Assembly: GCA_009859145.1 (NCBI GenBank)
Contig: VRVR01000060.1
Coordinates: 1 to 64,000 of the forward strand
DNA length: 64,000 nucleotides
Source of the DNA: Andalucia godoyi And28
Lineage: Eukaryota; Protista; Jakobida
Direction of reading: 5' to 3'
The translations under genes were made by a program, and so were the position numbers. Under the pieces are notes generated by a model. That model was not told the DNA's origin. It searched no databases and saw only the letters and a list, made by a program, of their open reading frames with translations. This document shows, piece after piece, positions 1 through 10,731 of the stretch; position 1 is the first letter of the stretch, and each line of letters starts with the position of its first letter.

Positions 1-68
<68 letters not shown>

Positions 69-234
69 CCCTAACCCTAACCCTAACCCTAACCCTAACC
101 CTAACCCTAACCCTAACCCTAACCCTAACCCTAACCCTAACCCTAACCCTAACCCTAACCCTAACCCTAACCCTAAACCCTAAACCCTAAACCCTAACCC
201 TAAACCCTAAACCCTAAACCCTAACCCTAAACCC
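1..234. repeat. Telomeric repeat array, mixed CCCTAA and CCCTAAA (TTAGGG/TTTAGGG on the minus strand); chromosome end
   Basis: Uninterrupted tandem array from base 1. Bases 1-170 hold 26 hexamers and 2 heptamers; bases 171-231 hold 7 heptamers and 2 hexamers, followed by CCC and unique sequence. Confidence 0.98.
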
Positions 235-3200
235 AACAAATCGAAGTAAGTGCTGAGAAAGAGAACACACGGATTCCAAGTTCCTGTCCTTGTCGAAGCC
301 TTCATCGCAAAATAAATCCAACAGCAATCCACCGCCTATATTCGGAAGATTCAAGAACAGGTTCTTCAAATGTGGTATTTCTCCAGGATTGAGAAGTTTA
401 ACACAATCTGAAACGGCAGAAAAGGCAGTTCGAGCAAGCTCACGTAGAAGTAGTGGACAGATAGACCGCACAAATTGGAAATGCTCGTCCAATCGATCAG
501 GGATCCGTTGCACAGCTGCACGTTGAGAAAAAAGAGAAAGACTCCTTTTCACGTCTGAATTGGCCGTTACAAGAGCGGTTGACTGTTCTGGAATGGCCAG
601 TGCACTGTTTTTCGTGATGGCAATCTTTGCCAAAGATGCAGGAAGCCCGCCGTTGCAAGAGATTTCGCCTTGTATGGTAGATAACTCAAAACGAAAAGGA
701 GCCGCTGCGATGGACTTCTCCAAATTTGGCACTGACTCCAGGCGCTTGCGGCCAGCATCGAAAACCTCGTTCACAGAATTCATGCATTCGCCTTTGAATC
801 TGTCCAATTCAAATCCATTAGAAAATCGAATTGGTTCAATCAAGTGGCGACCATTGCCAAGAGCATGCTTGCAGATAAACAGAAGACCCTTCTCAATTGC
901 AATTGGGAAAAGACGACGGAAGATTTCTTCGTATTGCTTGAGTGTCCTTGACGGGCGCGCACGAAGGAGACTGCTCAGCACTTCAGTTTCCGGTAAGCTG
1001 ATGTGCGTACCCGTTTTAGCCATGATTTCTCTTTTCGATGTTATCCGCGCATAGAAAAACTGTTTCACATAGATGACTGACGGAGGAACAAAATCGGATG
1101 TGGGAAGCGGTGATGTATCGAGCTTTGAAGCATGCTCGGCATTGTGCACGTCGTCCAGTGAAGGAAGCACAATTCCATATCGATCTGCGCAGCGCAATCG
1201 TTGAATTCTCAAGTTGCAAAGAGTTTTGGTAAGGATCGACCTCTGCTTTTCAACAGATTCAATGTCGGCCAAACGATCCAACGCCGATGGATTGCAACCA
1301 CGAAGTATTGGAACGAGATTTTTGGCAATTTCTTTGGATGCTGATGCGATAATGGTTTCTTGAAGGGTGGAACTGATGCGTCGCGACTCCCATTCCGGAT
1401 CGTACGGAAAATAGCAATCGTACCGGTTATCAACCTCGAAAACGTACACTCCTAAAGCTTCAATAAGCCGATCCAGCATGCTTCGATCAATCTTGGACAG
1501 GTCCGCAGTTTCCTTCAAGAACTCACGACCGAAGTGCAGTTGTCCGGATCCTCCGCCCTCTTCGTCAACGCGTTCGTTCCAAGACAAACGGGCTCGAAGT
1601 TTCAAACGAAGCCTCCTTTCTGCAACCAGAAATTGGTGAAGGCAGACGGTCCATGCTATAGAAGTAATGGCCTGTTGATACAATTCGTTGCCAAACCACA
1701 TACTTGTTTGATCCACGAGGACGGCATCCTCCAGGACGAAATCGATCTCCGCCACTCCAAGCACGCTAGACAAAAACGAATACTGAGCCAAGAACAGGTT
1801 ATCCAAATTCTCCTTCTGTGCGGTTGTTGAGGCAAAGAAAAAGCGTCTCTCTACATGTCGAACCAGAAAGAGGCGGCCATAGAGGTTGAAGACGTTATCA
1901 TCTCGGAGAAACCCTTCCGTTGCAAAGTTTGACTCGCTTGATAGAAGGTCTTTCAGTGAACTGATCGAAGAATCGAGACGGCGATGGCCCTGCAACAAAA
2001 GTTTTTCGACAAACTGAAGCATATCTCGACGATGTGTTGAATCCAAAAACACCCCCTGGCCAAAAAGTGTTCGAAATACATCAAGAACGTGCTCTGTTGA
2101 AAAATCATCCTGTCGAAGGAGCATGTATTGAGCGATGTTTGGACAAGCATGCGCAGGCAGAAGAACTCGATCCTCGCAGGAATCAGACCGTAAAACAGGC
2201 AGTCTGACATCCATTTCCAATAAATCAAGAGTATAGTGATTCTGGTTGTGCCAGTGACTATCAACAATGAATTTCGTTGCCAGTTCCCGTTCTTGAGCGT
2301 TGAAGTCTGACAACGCGGATGCAATGAAGCTTAGAGCCTCCTCATTCGGCTCTTTCCCCTTCATAACAAGCCAAGATTTTTCGCTCCGTTTCAGAATTCT
2401 GAGACAAGTGTTGATTCCACGCAGCACTTCGTGAAAGTGTCTGACAGACAACTCGGGAGACAAAGCGGAACGGATGTCATCAGTCAGAGAAGTGCAGACA
2501 TCGTTCACTGTCACAGGTGTGCGAACATACGTTCTCGTTCCATCTTCGCCACTATCCGATAGAACTGAAGGGTGGATTTCGGACTCCAAAATCATCTTGA
2601 AGACTTGCGACTGTTCTATTAATCCTTTGGACTTCGAGATAATTTCTCTTCTTTCAGTTTCGGAAAAACGTCTTTGAAACGATTCGAAGTACTGGACTTG
2701 TTCTCCTAGAAAAAGCTGTGCAAGTTGCTGGTCCACCGACGCCAGGATGCCTTGGGTGGAGAAGTTCTCCAAGAAACCTCTGACGTGCTTGTGTCTTTTG
2801 ACGTACACATCGAATCCGTCATTTTCGCAGTTCTCGGCAAAGGGATGCTTCTTTAACTCCAAGAGAATTGTGTTTCGAGATGAAATCGCCAAAGCATCAG
2901 CAAAGAGATCTTTTGTGACCTCCAAAAATAAACTGCGAAGAAGTTGAGGGGATTGCTTCCCCAATTCGTCTTGAACTGTAGTCGCTACTTGAACATCTCT
3001 GGAAAGATATTCAGGATCAGGATGGCCCAACACAAGAAGACAACGAACAGGATCTGCGTCCTCACAGATTTTTCTTCGAATGGCTTGAAACGCTTTTTGC
3101 AGAATCTCTAAGTCGTCTTCGGCTTCCACAGTACTGGCTGCAAAGCGGTCCATAGAATTCATGGACAATAATGCAGGAAGACATGCACGAGACTTGGACG

Positions 3201-3339
3201 CCACAGTCCTCAACAAAGCTCCAGAAGGCCAGATCGGCACTGGATTGCTGTCCATCCAACCTCGCGTATAGGACGATGCATTCGAACCATCGTAGTACAC
3301 CCGAGTGCCGTCTTGATCAATATGGGAAGCCAGCGACAT
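214..3339 (-). CDS. Large orphan, predicted alpha-helical protein (1041 aa) whose last codons and stop lie in the telomeric repeat
   Basis: 3.1-kb uninterrupted ATG-initiated ORF. It ends ...FVGFRVRV*, encoded by GGG TTT AGG GTT AGG GTT TAG. No family motif recognised. Confidence 0.85.
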   Translation of the reverse strand: MSLASHIDQDGTRVYYDGSNASSYTRGWMDSNPVPIWPSGALLRTVASKSRACLPALLSMNSMDRFAASTVEAEDDLEILQKAFQAIRRKICEDADPVRCLLVLGHPDPEYLSRDVQVATTVQDELGKQSPQLLRSLFLEVTKDLFADALAISSRNTILLELKKHPFAENCENDGFDVYVKRHKHVRGFLENFSTQGILASVDQQLAQLFLGEQVQYFESFQRRFSETERREIISKSKGLIEQSQVFKMILESEIHPSVLSDSGEDGTRTYVRTPVTVNDVCTSLTDDIRSALSPELSVRHFHEVLRGINTCLRILKRSEKSWLVMKGKEPNEEALSFIASALSDFNAQERELATKFIVDSHWHNQNHYTLDLLEMDVRLPVLRSDSCEDRVLLPAHACPNIAQYMLLRQDDFSTEHVLDVFRTLFGQGVFLDSTHRRDMLQFVEKLLLQGHRRLDSSISSLKDLLSSESNFATEGFLRDDNVFNLYGRLFLVRHVERRFFFASTTAQKENLDNLFLAQYSFLSSVLGVAEIDFVLEDAVLVDQTSMWFGNELYQQAITSIAWTVCLHQFLVAERRLRLKLRARLSWNERVDEEGGGSGQLHFGREFLKETADLSKIDRSMLDRLIEALGVYVFEVDNRYDCYFPYDPEWESRRISSTLQETIIASASKEIAKNLVPILRGCNPSALDRLADIESVEKQRSILTKTLCNLRIQRLRCADRYGIVLPSLDDVHNAEHASKLDTSPLPTSDFVPPSVIYVKQFFYARITSKREIMAKTGTHISLPETEVLSSLLRARPSRTLKQYEEIFRRLFPIAIEKGLLFICKHALGNGRHLIEPIRFSNGFELDRFKGECMNSVNEVFDAGRKRLESVPNLEKSIAAAPFRFELSTIQGEISCNGGLPASLAKIAITKNSALAIPEQSTALVTANSDVKRSLSLFSQRAAVQRIPDRLDEHFQFVRSICPLLLRELARTAFSAVSDCVKLLNPGEIPHLKNLFLNLPNIGGGLLLDLFCDEGFDKDRNLESVCSLSQHLLRFVGFRVRV

Positions 3340-3626
3340 GAAACCTTGCGTTAAAGAAACAAGAAATGCCGTGAGACAGTGCGTGTTTTTCAGCGTCTTT
3401 TATACACACGAGACATGCTAAAAGACAGGGGTTGCTTGTTCTTCCATTGAAGTTCTCAGAACGCGCAACCGTACAGTGCTATTCGAGAATCTCTCTCTCT
3501 TGACATGCGTTTCCATCGCAACGAATTCTCGACTTGCCGACAAAGCAACTTCCACTGAGGCGTGAACGTTTCGAAATTGCCGGTCGAACATCGTCTCGGC
3601 TTCAGCAGCAATCGTGTGTGCGTGTG

Positions 3627-3654
3627 TCTGTCTGTCTGCCTGTCTGTCTGTCTG
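3627..3654. repeat. (TCTG)n microsatellite, 7 units with one CCTG variant
   Basis: Read directly in the intergenic region between the two large divergent ORFs. Confidence 0.85.
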
Positions 3655-3727
3655 TTTGTTTTCCCCTTCTTTTTTGACCTTCCTTTTTCTTCTGTTTTTC
3701 TAGTCGCTGTTCGTCACAAATTCCACG

Positions 3728-6613
3728 ATGAAAGGATCCAAGATGCAAGTACTTGGGGAATGGCTTTCGTTGTACACCCGAGAATCTTCTGCAAGAGCCT
3801 ATGACGAATCACGCCGAAATGCTACAGTTGAACACTTTCGTGAGGCAAGAAGGGACATTGCAAACCATATGCAATCAAGCGGTCGCCTTGGCAGCATTGT
3901 GAACCTCACACCACGCATGGAAGATTTCGAACTGAAGAGATGTGCCTTCCAGGATGAAGGAGAGGCTGCGGAGTGTAAGCTGGGACTCGAACCTCCTGCT
4001 TCTTTTGCTCTTATCCTGGAACGTATTGTCAACTCAATGGTCCATCCTGAGTACTTACAGAAGTTGGTATTTCTGCGGGGTGCGGTGCATGTTCCGAGAA
4101 CTCTTCAACGTCGACTTCGGCGGTCTGTGTATACCTGTTGGGTGGAAAGGCTTGCTCCTTTGCTTGCTATCGACCTCCTAAACACATTGGCTCGGAGACT
4201 GCATATCCGAGGCTGGGCCTTTGAAGAGCTGGACTTATTAATTGCTCGTCTTTTGAATCTGCAGATTCCGAAGCGTCGCTCTCTTGAACGCCATCAAGAA
4301 CAATTCGCGATGCTTGTTGGTTATCGCGAAGACCAGGATCCAAAAGCTGCCCTATGTGATCTGATGAAACGGATTGAAGAGCACTTTTCTCTGATTTTCC
4401 AGTCGCTTGATAACCTCCGGGCGCAGACTGATCAGCAGGAACAAGGACCACAAGCTGAAAACAGGAGAATAGAACGTGAAGAAGCGATGATGTTAATCAA
4501 TCAGGTGAAAGATATCGTGGAGAGCATCCAGGCAAGAGTTCGATTAATGTTTGGAAATCCAATGTTCCGCCTCTTTTCTTTGTTGCAACAGTTGCATGGT
4601 GACTGTAACCAGACGATCTGGCATTCGCCTGAAGATCGAACTTCACGGATCGAGGAGCTTCGTACTTTGGTAAGGTCCACCTGGTTTTCGTTGGACACTG
4701 ATGTCACAGATACTCATCTGGAAGAATTCGCCTCGCATATTCTTCGTTTGCGTGGGCTTGATCTTGGGGATTTACGGACACGAGACCGTCGACTTTTTTT
4801 ACATTCAGTGCTGGCGTCCAATGTTTCCGTTTCGCAGAAACAACAAGTGATTCGTATGTATGCAGCTGCGGGATATGATGTTTCGGCGAAGGATCCGATT
4901 ATTGGACGCGTTGCCGAAGACTTCTTTCCTTTGGCAGAGCGTGCGTCGCTGAGGGCGTCCTTGCAATCCGCATATGAGAATCTTGACGAAAATGCTATGA
5001 AGGCACAAGAGACAATGCGGCAAATGACGGCCGCGATACGGCAACTTTATGAAACACGGGATGGATCTGTAGAAATTGTCCGTAGAAGCAGTGAGATCAT
5101 TTCACGAATTGCGAATTCCCTAGTAGAAAAAGTCTTTCGCACGAGGACCTGGAGCATAGTCTGCGCTCTTGACCGAACTGAAAAGAGCTGGCACAAACAC
5201 GCTGCTTACGTTGCCAGTGGGTTTTGGAAATGCAGGTTGCAGCTACTTTGTCATGAATTGCAAGCACTGCTGTTCAGAGCATTAACACAGTTTCCACTTT
5301 CGAGATTGTGTGAAGCAAGAGAATTCGTCAAGGACCAGTCCATTACTTGGAAGGAGTTCATTGCAAAGAAAATACTGCCTCGCGTCGCAATAGCTTTAGG
5401 ACTTCTGGAATTCAATTGGAGACAGTTGCCATTGATGCTAGTGGGGATCGGTTCTGATGAATTCATAGCTGAGCTGATGTGTGGCCGGATCGAGCTCCCT
5501 TCACAACAAGATGCAGAAAGATTCGATATCCCCGTCGATTCTACTGAGAATTGGAGATTAGTCAGTTACGATGTGGATTCATTTGCATACGATGAGCAGC
5601 TTTGGAAACGTGTAGTATCACAAGCAACTGCGGTAATCGAAGATACCAAAAGCGTGTTTTGGGAACGATCTGTAATATACCCGGTTACCGAGCTTCTCAC
5701 TGCCTCCACGAAAGTATTGGTTGTGAATGAAGAAGTTGATGTTCAGCAAGTCTTTGAACACAGCAAACAAGCATTTCAGAGAGTATCGAAGCCAAGGGAC
5801 GACGAAGTCGAGCGTTGGTTATCCGAATTTGAAGGTATTGAACATCACAGAACCGAGCGAGCAAGCGTTTTGGCCGAAACTTTCGCGAAATTTCTAGGAG
5901 ATCATGCGAATGATCTTCGTCGTCAAGTTGGATACGAGGATTGGATAGATTTGCAGGACGACAGTAATTTGCACTGTTTGTTTTTTGAAGCAATCAACTG
6001 GCAATCTGTTGGGAGATTCTCCAACGCTCAGCCGATTGATTGGATCGTTCATCATTGTGACGATGACGGACTTGAATTCTACTTCCAAATTCTTGGAATC
6101 CGAACGTTCGTTCACGGACCTCTGGAACGCCTTCTGGATCTGTCAATTTCCGGTCCTGTTCTGAACGACCCGAGGCCGTATGTCAAGAATTTCAGAAAAG
6201 CAATTGGGTCAGTCTTCCGAAGATGTATCGCTTCAGCCTTTACAAAATTGCACTTGTCGATTCACTCTAAATTGCATACGATGCATGTTAATGATGCACA
6301 AGTCGAACGAAACCGTGCTACGGAAACCAGTTTCGCACAGATTGAACGCATCATGAACCAGATGCTGGGGATGCGAGTGGTCAATGAAATCTGGAATGGC
6401 TCTAAAGTTGATATGCGTGGACTAAACGTTCCACGGTTGTGCACAGTCTTGAAGGGATGTTTCCTGGAAAATCCGTGCACTGCGGTCAAGAATATCATCG
6501 AAATGTGCGATGAACTTCGATTGCGAGTCAAGCAAGTTCAGAGCATTCGCTCTGCTTGTGAACAGTTTCTCCGGGTATACCATACTACAAACGATCCAAC
6601 TGCGGATAGGTGA
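3728..6613 (+). CDS. Large orphan, predicted alpha-helical/coiled-coil protein (961 aa)
   Basis: 2.9-kb uninterrupted ATG-initiated ORF preceded by a pyrimidine-rich tract. No family motif recognised. Confidence 0.85.
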   Translation: MKGSKMQVLGEWLSLYTRESSARAYDESRRNATVEHFREARRDIANHMQSSGRLGSIVNLTPRMEDFELKRCAFQDEGEAAECKLGLEPPASFALILERIVNSMVHPEYLQKLVFLRGAVHVPRTLQRRLRRSVYTCWVERLAPLLAIDLLNTLARRLHIRGWAFEELDLLIARLLNLQIPKRRSLERHQEQFAMLVGYREDQDPKAALCDLMKRIEEHFSLIFQSLDNLRAQTDQQEQGPQAENRRIEREEAMMLINQVKDIVESIQARVRLMFGNPMFRLFSLLQQLHGDCNQTIWHSPEDRTSRIEELRTLVRSTWFSLDTDVTDTHLEEFASHILRLRGLDLGDLRTRDRRLFLHSVLASNVSVSQKQQVIRMYAAAGYDVSAKDPIIGRVAEDFFPLAERASLRASLQSAYENLDENAMKAQETMRQMTAAIRQLYETRDGSVEIVRRSSEIISRIANSLVEKVFRTRTWSIVCALDRTEKSWHKHAAYVASGFWKCRLQLLCHELQALLFRALTQFPLSRLCEAREFVKDQSITWKEFIAKKILPRVAIALGLLEFNWRQLPLMLVGIGSDEFIAELMCGRIELPSQQDAERFDIPVDSTENWRLVSYDVDSFAYDEQLWKRVVSQATAVIEDTKSVFWERSVIYPVTELLTASTKVLVVNEEVDVQQVFEHSKQAFQRVSKPRDDEVERWLSEFEGIEHHRTERASVLAETFAKFLGDHANDLRRQVGYEDWIDLQDDSNLHCLFFEAINWQSVGRFSNAQPIDWIVHHCDDDGLEFYFQILGIRTFVHGPLERLLDLSISGPVLNDPRPYVKNFRKAIGSVFRRCIASAFTKLHLSIHSKLHTMHVNDAQVERNRATETSFAQIERIMNQMLGMRVVNEIWNGSKVDMRGLNVPRLCTVLKGCFLENPCTAVKNIIEMCDELRLRVKQVQSIRSACEQFLRVYHTTNDPTADR

Positions 6614-8495
6614 TGTTGTCATTTTCCAAATCAATGGTTTTTCAGAATGGTGTTAGTCGTCTCGAGGAAAGACGTGGCAAGTTATGTTGCGGCAAAATCT
6701 CCAAGCATCACATGTCGGGCAGAGTCGTTCAACACGCAACAAGCGTGGCTCCGAGAGAGGTTCTTTTGACAATGGAATGCTGCACTGGTAAAAGTATTAT
6801 CTGCCATTTCTTTCGGTGATCGTACCGCACTGAGTTGCCTTCCTCTCGTCGATTGTTATCAACGGTTTCTGTTCCACTTGGAACTGCCTTATTTCAGATT
6901 TCCCTATGAAGTACCATCATGAGGGGCAGAATCACCAACTAGTCGAAATGAGGTGTGGTTACCATTCGAATCAAAGACTTTTGCATAACGAAAAGTATAA
7001 GCGGAAATCATGCAGATGCAATCACTCAAAAACAGGATTCCAGTTGCCCGGAACTATGTGCTAATTGTCCAGTATCCAAGTAAAGCACTTTCTCATTTCT
7101 CATTTCATCTCTTCCTTTTCATTTCCTGCCTTGTCTATGTTCACAGGTTCGTTGTGGCTTTTTTGCGAGGAAATGTCAACGCTGAGCTCGACCCAACTTC
7201 TCTGAAACATCAATGGGGCAACGGGCTGATCGACAAGGAAAAAGGGACTCGCTCCAGAAGATCTCACTTTTGAAGCAGAAGATACGATCGAAGAACCACT
7301 TGCTTCTTCCTCTCCTTTGATGACTCACCAGTCACCACTCATCAGGCGGTCTCATAGCGTGGATGATGTGTTTTTTGCGAATTTGCTTTCTGCGGAAATC
7401 CGCTGCGTCGAGAAGATTCGTCAATGATCTTATGAAAGGACTGACCAATAATTGTTCCTGCATCCATGAACTGCAGAGTTTTTGGCGTATTATGCGCACC
7501 TTCGAGAATTCCAACTATAAATAACGACGTCACACTGAAATGCGCATCTATAAGCACCAGAGAATCCTCGTTATTTTCGAATTTGGTTTTGATGAAATTG
7601 CTCATGCGTTGGTCGAAATGATCACTCATTTGCTTGTCTAAAATGCAGAGAAACAGTGGATCAGGCTGATATGCAGGTCAACCGCTGGAAACGTAACCCA
7701 TTATCAGTAATAGACGTGTTGTTCGGAAGGCTTTTCCTTGAAAGAATTTTTTCGCCAGATTTGCCAAATAAAAAAATCTGAAAACTGGGCTGCTGATTTA
7801 AAGAAATTCCCAGAAGGAGGAGGAGTTACTGCCCTCCAACCCAAACCTCCGATGGGGCTCTAAGTAAAATCCTCTTGAGGTCATACAGAAAAGTCCGGCG
7901 TTGTGGTACTCAAGTGGGATTTCCACCTCGAATGCTTCCCAAGTAAATGCTCCTAATAGCTCAATTAGAGACTCCAGACAGTTTTTCAATTTATCATAGT
8001 TCTACAGACTGACCCCTTCAATAGCATAGTCTTTGGTAGGGGTTTGATGGGTGCTGACGCAGATTTTAAAAGTCATTTTCCATCAAAAATTCCATTTAAG
8101 GCTCTTCCGGGAACGACAAAATTTCGACGAGGTTTGCGTTGGAGGGAAGAAGTACAAAAAAAAAATGGACTGGAAAATGTGGCTTCGTAACGCTTTTGCG
8201 CCAAAAAGATTTGATGACGTTGGTAGCATCAAGCGATGAAAAAGCCAACATCAAAGCAAGGGGAAAAGTCTGGAATTTGTAAAAAAATGATCTGATGAAA
8301 GAAAATGGCGGGCTTTTCGAAATGCTCTTTTAAAAAAAGCATTTTGCATCAATCAACCCCGTGTTGGAATTTTGTTGCAAAGTGGCACCGTTGGATTAAG
8401 GCAGTTTTCAGTGATTTTAGAATCTTTCTTTCGTTCTCCAATTGAAATACTAATTCCATTAATATCCTCAAAGCAACTCATGCAAAGGCTTTAAA

Positions 8496-9473
8496 ATGAT
8501 TAATCCGACAGATGTGACACAGGCCGTTGGCCGCGTGGTGCGGAACAATGACGGGGAGCATCTTGGTACCTGCATTCTTGTTGGTGATGATACAGTCATC
8601 ACAGCTTTGCATGTGGTGGCGAATGAGGATCACTCTAGTTTGTTTGTTGAATTTCCTGCATCCTCCGTCACCAAGCAAGTATGCAGCGCGATGAAAGTTA
8701 ACAATGTTGCTGACATTATTGTTTTGAAGTTGCATACTCCTGTGGACCTAAAACCGGCCGAAATTGGGACGTTGGATAGCGAAGATTCTGACTTTTTCTT
8801 CGCATATTATCTTCCGGGTATTCCTCTTACAGTTGTTAAAGGAACGTTTTGCGAAGGCTCTATTGATCAAAACCTGCTTCATGTTTATTCGTCTGTGCCG
8901 TCTGTCCCGGGGTGTTCAGGAGGCGCTTTCCTGAATTCAAACGGCAAAGTGTTTGCAATGCATCTATCTAGGTCCACAGGCTTGTGTCCGTATATTGGTG
9001 ACAGTGATCGAAAAGCATTGCGACTTATTCCAATTGCAGGAGACATCGATGTTTTGAAATCCCATGCTTGTATTGCTGAGTGCGACAATGCTTATGTTTC
9101 GTCGTCTCAACATGCGTTGACTCATGGTTTAAGATTATTGTGTTTTTGTGATGAAAAGAAACCGGGCATTACTGATGTCATCAAACATTCTGCTAATTGT
9201 CATTGTACGTACTGGGAGATGTTCCCGAGAAATGCTTCTGGCCCAGGGCGTCGCGGAATCCGATTGGTTCTCAATTGTCACCGCATTCTTTTGGATGTGA
9301 ATTTCTGGTTTATGCCAAATCCTCATGATAATCGGAAGTACAACAAATCTCCACAGCAGTTGTATCATAGTGCTGCGACAGTTGTTCTGCGGCAGTTTGC
9401 TTTGGCAGGGAGAATTGAAGAAAGATACACCGTTGAAGAATACGGAGAGAGCTTTACTATAATAAAAGAGTAA
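8496..9473 (+). CDS. Trypsin-like (Trypsin_2-type) serine protease with an uncharacterised ~130-aa C-terminal domain
   Basis: Catalytic triad motifs in order: ITALH (His), ADIIVLKL (Asp), PGCSGGA (Ser), followed by GKVFAMH. No signal peptide. Confidence 0.85.
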   Translation: MINPTDVTQAVGRVVRNNDGEHLGTCILVGDDTVITALHVVANEDHSSLFVEFPASSVTKQVCSAMKVNNVADIIVLKLHTPVDLKPAEIGTLDSEDSDFFFAYYLPGIPLTVVKGTFCEGSIDQNLLHVYSSVPSVPGCSGGAFLNSNGKVFAMHLSRSTGLCPYIGDSDRKALRLIPIAGDIDVLKSHACIAECDNAYVSSSQHALTHGLRLLCFCDEKKPGITDVIKHSANCHCTYWEMFPRNASGPGRRGIRLVLNCHRILLDVNFWFMPNPHDNRKYNKSPQQLYHSAATVVLRQFALAGRIEERYTVEEYGESFTIIKE

Positions 9474-9490
9474 TTCCGACATTGCCCAAG

Positions 9491-10261
9491 TTACACAGAC
9501 ACTTTTGCAAGTAACGATTTCAAGGAATCGTTGAGAAAATCTCCCAAGAATGGAGAGAGTACGGCCAGACACATACCAAAAGCAGGCTTTCCAATCGGAA
9601 TGGATACCGATTCTGCTTCAAGTTTTATCGGAGTGGCTCTGACGATTGGAAGATCAGACACAATAACTCGAATGTTTTTCTTCGCAGAAGACTCTTTGTT
9701 GGTGGAAGACTCGTCTTTAAGAAACGGAGATTCAGCAACACGGTAAAAAAATCGAACAGGGATCGCATCCTTGGGAAGAGCAGATTCTATCTGCGTTTTC
9801 AGCTCCTGGAACGACTCCACATTGCATTCGAACCACAAAACTTCTGTGCCGAGTAAACGTTGCAGAATGCTAAACATGCACAAACCTGCTACAACACGAG
9901 GAACAAAAGCAACTACAATGGTCTCAATCCACTGGTCAAATGCAGGTATACGACTTGGTTCAACTGTAGATGTTGAACGATGGTGCTTCCATACGTAGGC
10001 TGAAAGAAGGACCACGGTAACAAAGAAAAAACCGGACATCAAACTTTTCCCCTGGCGATACATGGTAAATACCAAAAAGACGAAAAATAGTATCATGATC
10101 ACCAATGTCGGGAGGAATGTTTCTGGCGTAGACAGTCCGGGCGCTAAAAGTACGATGACAGGCATAACCTGTGATAGAAATACCCGGGAAGTGTATCGTA
10201 CCATGACTCTTTTCGTCTTTACCTTTTCCACCGCATCTGTACGGGCATCGGCACGAGACAT
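9491..10261 (-). CDS. Multi-pass membrane protein with a soluble C-terminal domain
   Basis: ATG at 10261 (MSRADART...) after a pyrimidine tract. About 4 hydrophobic segments (VMPVIVLLAPGL, FLPTLVIMILFFVFLVF, LMSGFFFVTVVLLSAYVW, IVVAFVPRVVAGLCMFSIL). Confidence 0.65.
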   Translation of the reverse strand: MSRADARTDAVEKVKTKRVMVRYTSRVFLSQVMPVIVLLAPGLSTPETFLPTLVIMILFFVFLVFTMYRQGKSLMSGFFFVTVVLLSAYVWKHHRSTSTVEPSRIPAFDQWIETIVVAFVPRVVAGLCMFSILQRLLGTEVLWFECNVESFQELKTQIESALPKDAIPVRFFYRVAESPFLKDESSTNKESSAKKNIRVIVSDLPIVRATPIKLEAESVSIPIGKPAFGMCLAVLSPFLGDFLNDSLKSLLAKVSV

Positions 10262-10448
10262 ACTATCAAACTGTAATGCGGAAGAAAAATCAGATGAACG
10301 AGAGCAATTTAAAAAAGGAAATGAAATTCTGAAAGATGGCGTGAGGAAAACTAAGAACCGACGGAGAGCAAAGAGATGCAAAAATGCCCCGGCATTCGAG
10401 TCACCTCACATTGCCTCATTCAAGTGTAGTTTTTTTTGTACTACTCTA

Positions 10449-10478
10449 TCGAAAAGGCACCTAATCTTGCCCGTTTTT
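10449..10478 (+). repeat. Left TIR of the pogo-like element
   Basis: TCGAAAAGGCACCTAATCTTGCCCGTTTTT matches the reverse complement of 12687-12716 at 27/30 positions. Confidence 0.88.
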
Positions 10479-10731
10479 TTCAGTGTTTTCGCTCTTAGTT
10501 TTTGTTACCTATTTTTCTTTATTTTTCATGCTTTCAAAATATTATCCACGTAAGAGTGTTCAGTTTCGAATGGAGAACAATAATAACATCTCATATGGCA
10601 CATCTGGAGAGTGACAAGGGTTAATTTTGGGCAAATCGTCGGTTTGCGGCCTGGATGGACGACAGCAGCCCAGTGTGCTGGATGCCACCGGTGCCTGTTG
10701 CCTCTGCAACCGGCTGCTGTGGTGCGGGAAC

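Noticed and set aside
7342-7989. Short minus-strand ORFs 7342-7629 and 7798-7989
   Set aside because: They look weakly coding but show no recognisable family or consistent frame; cannot be supported as a feature.
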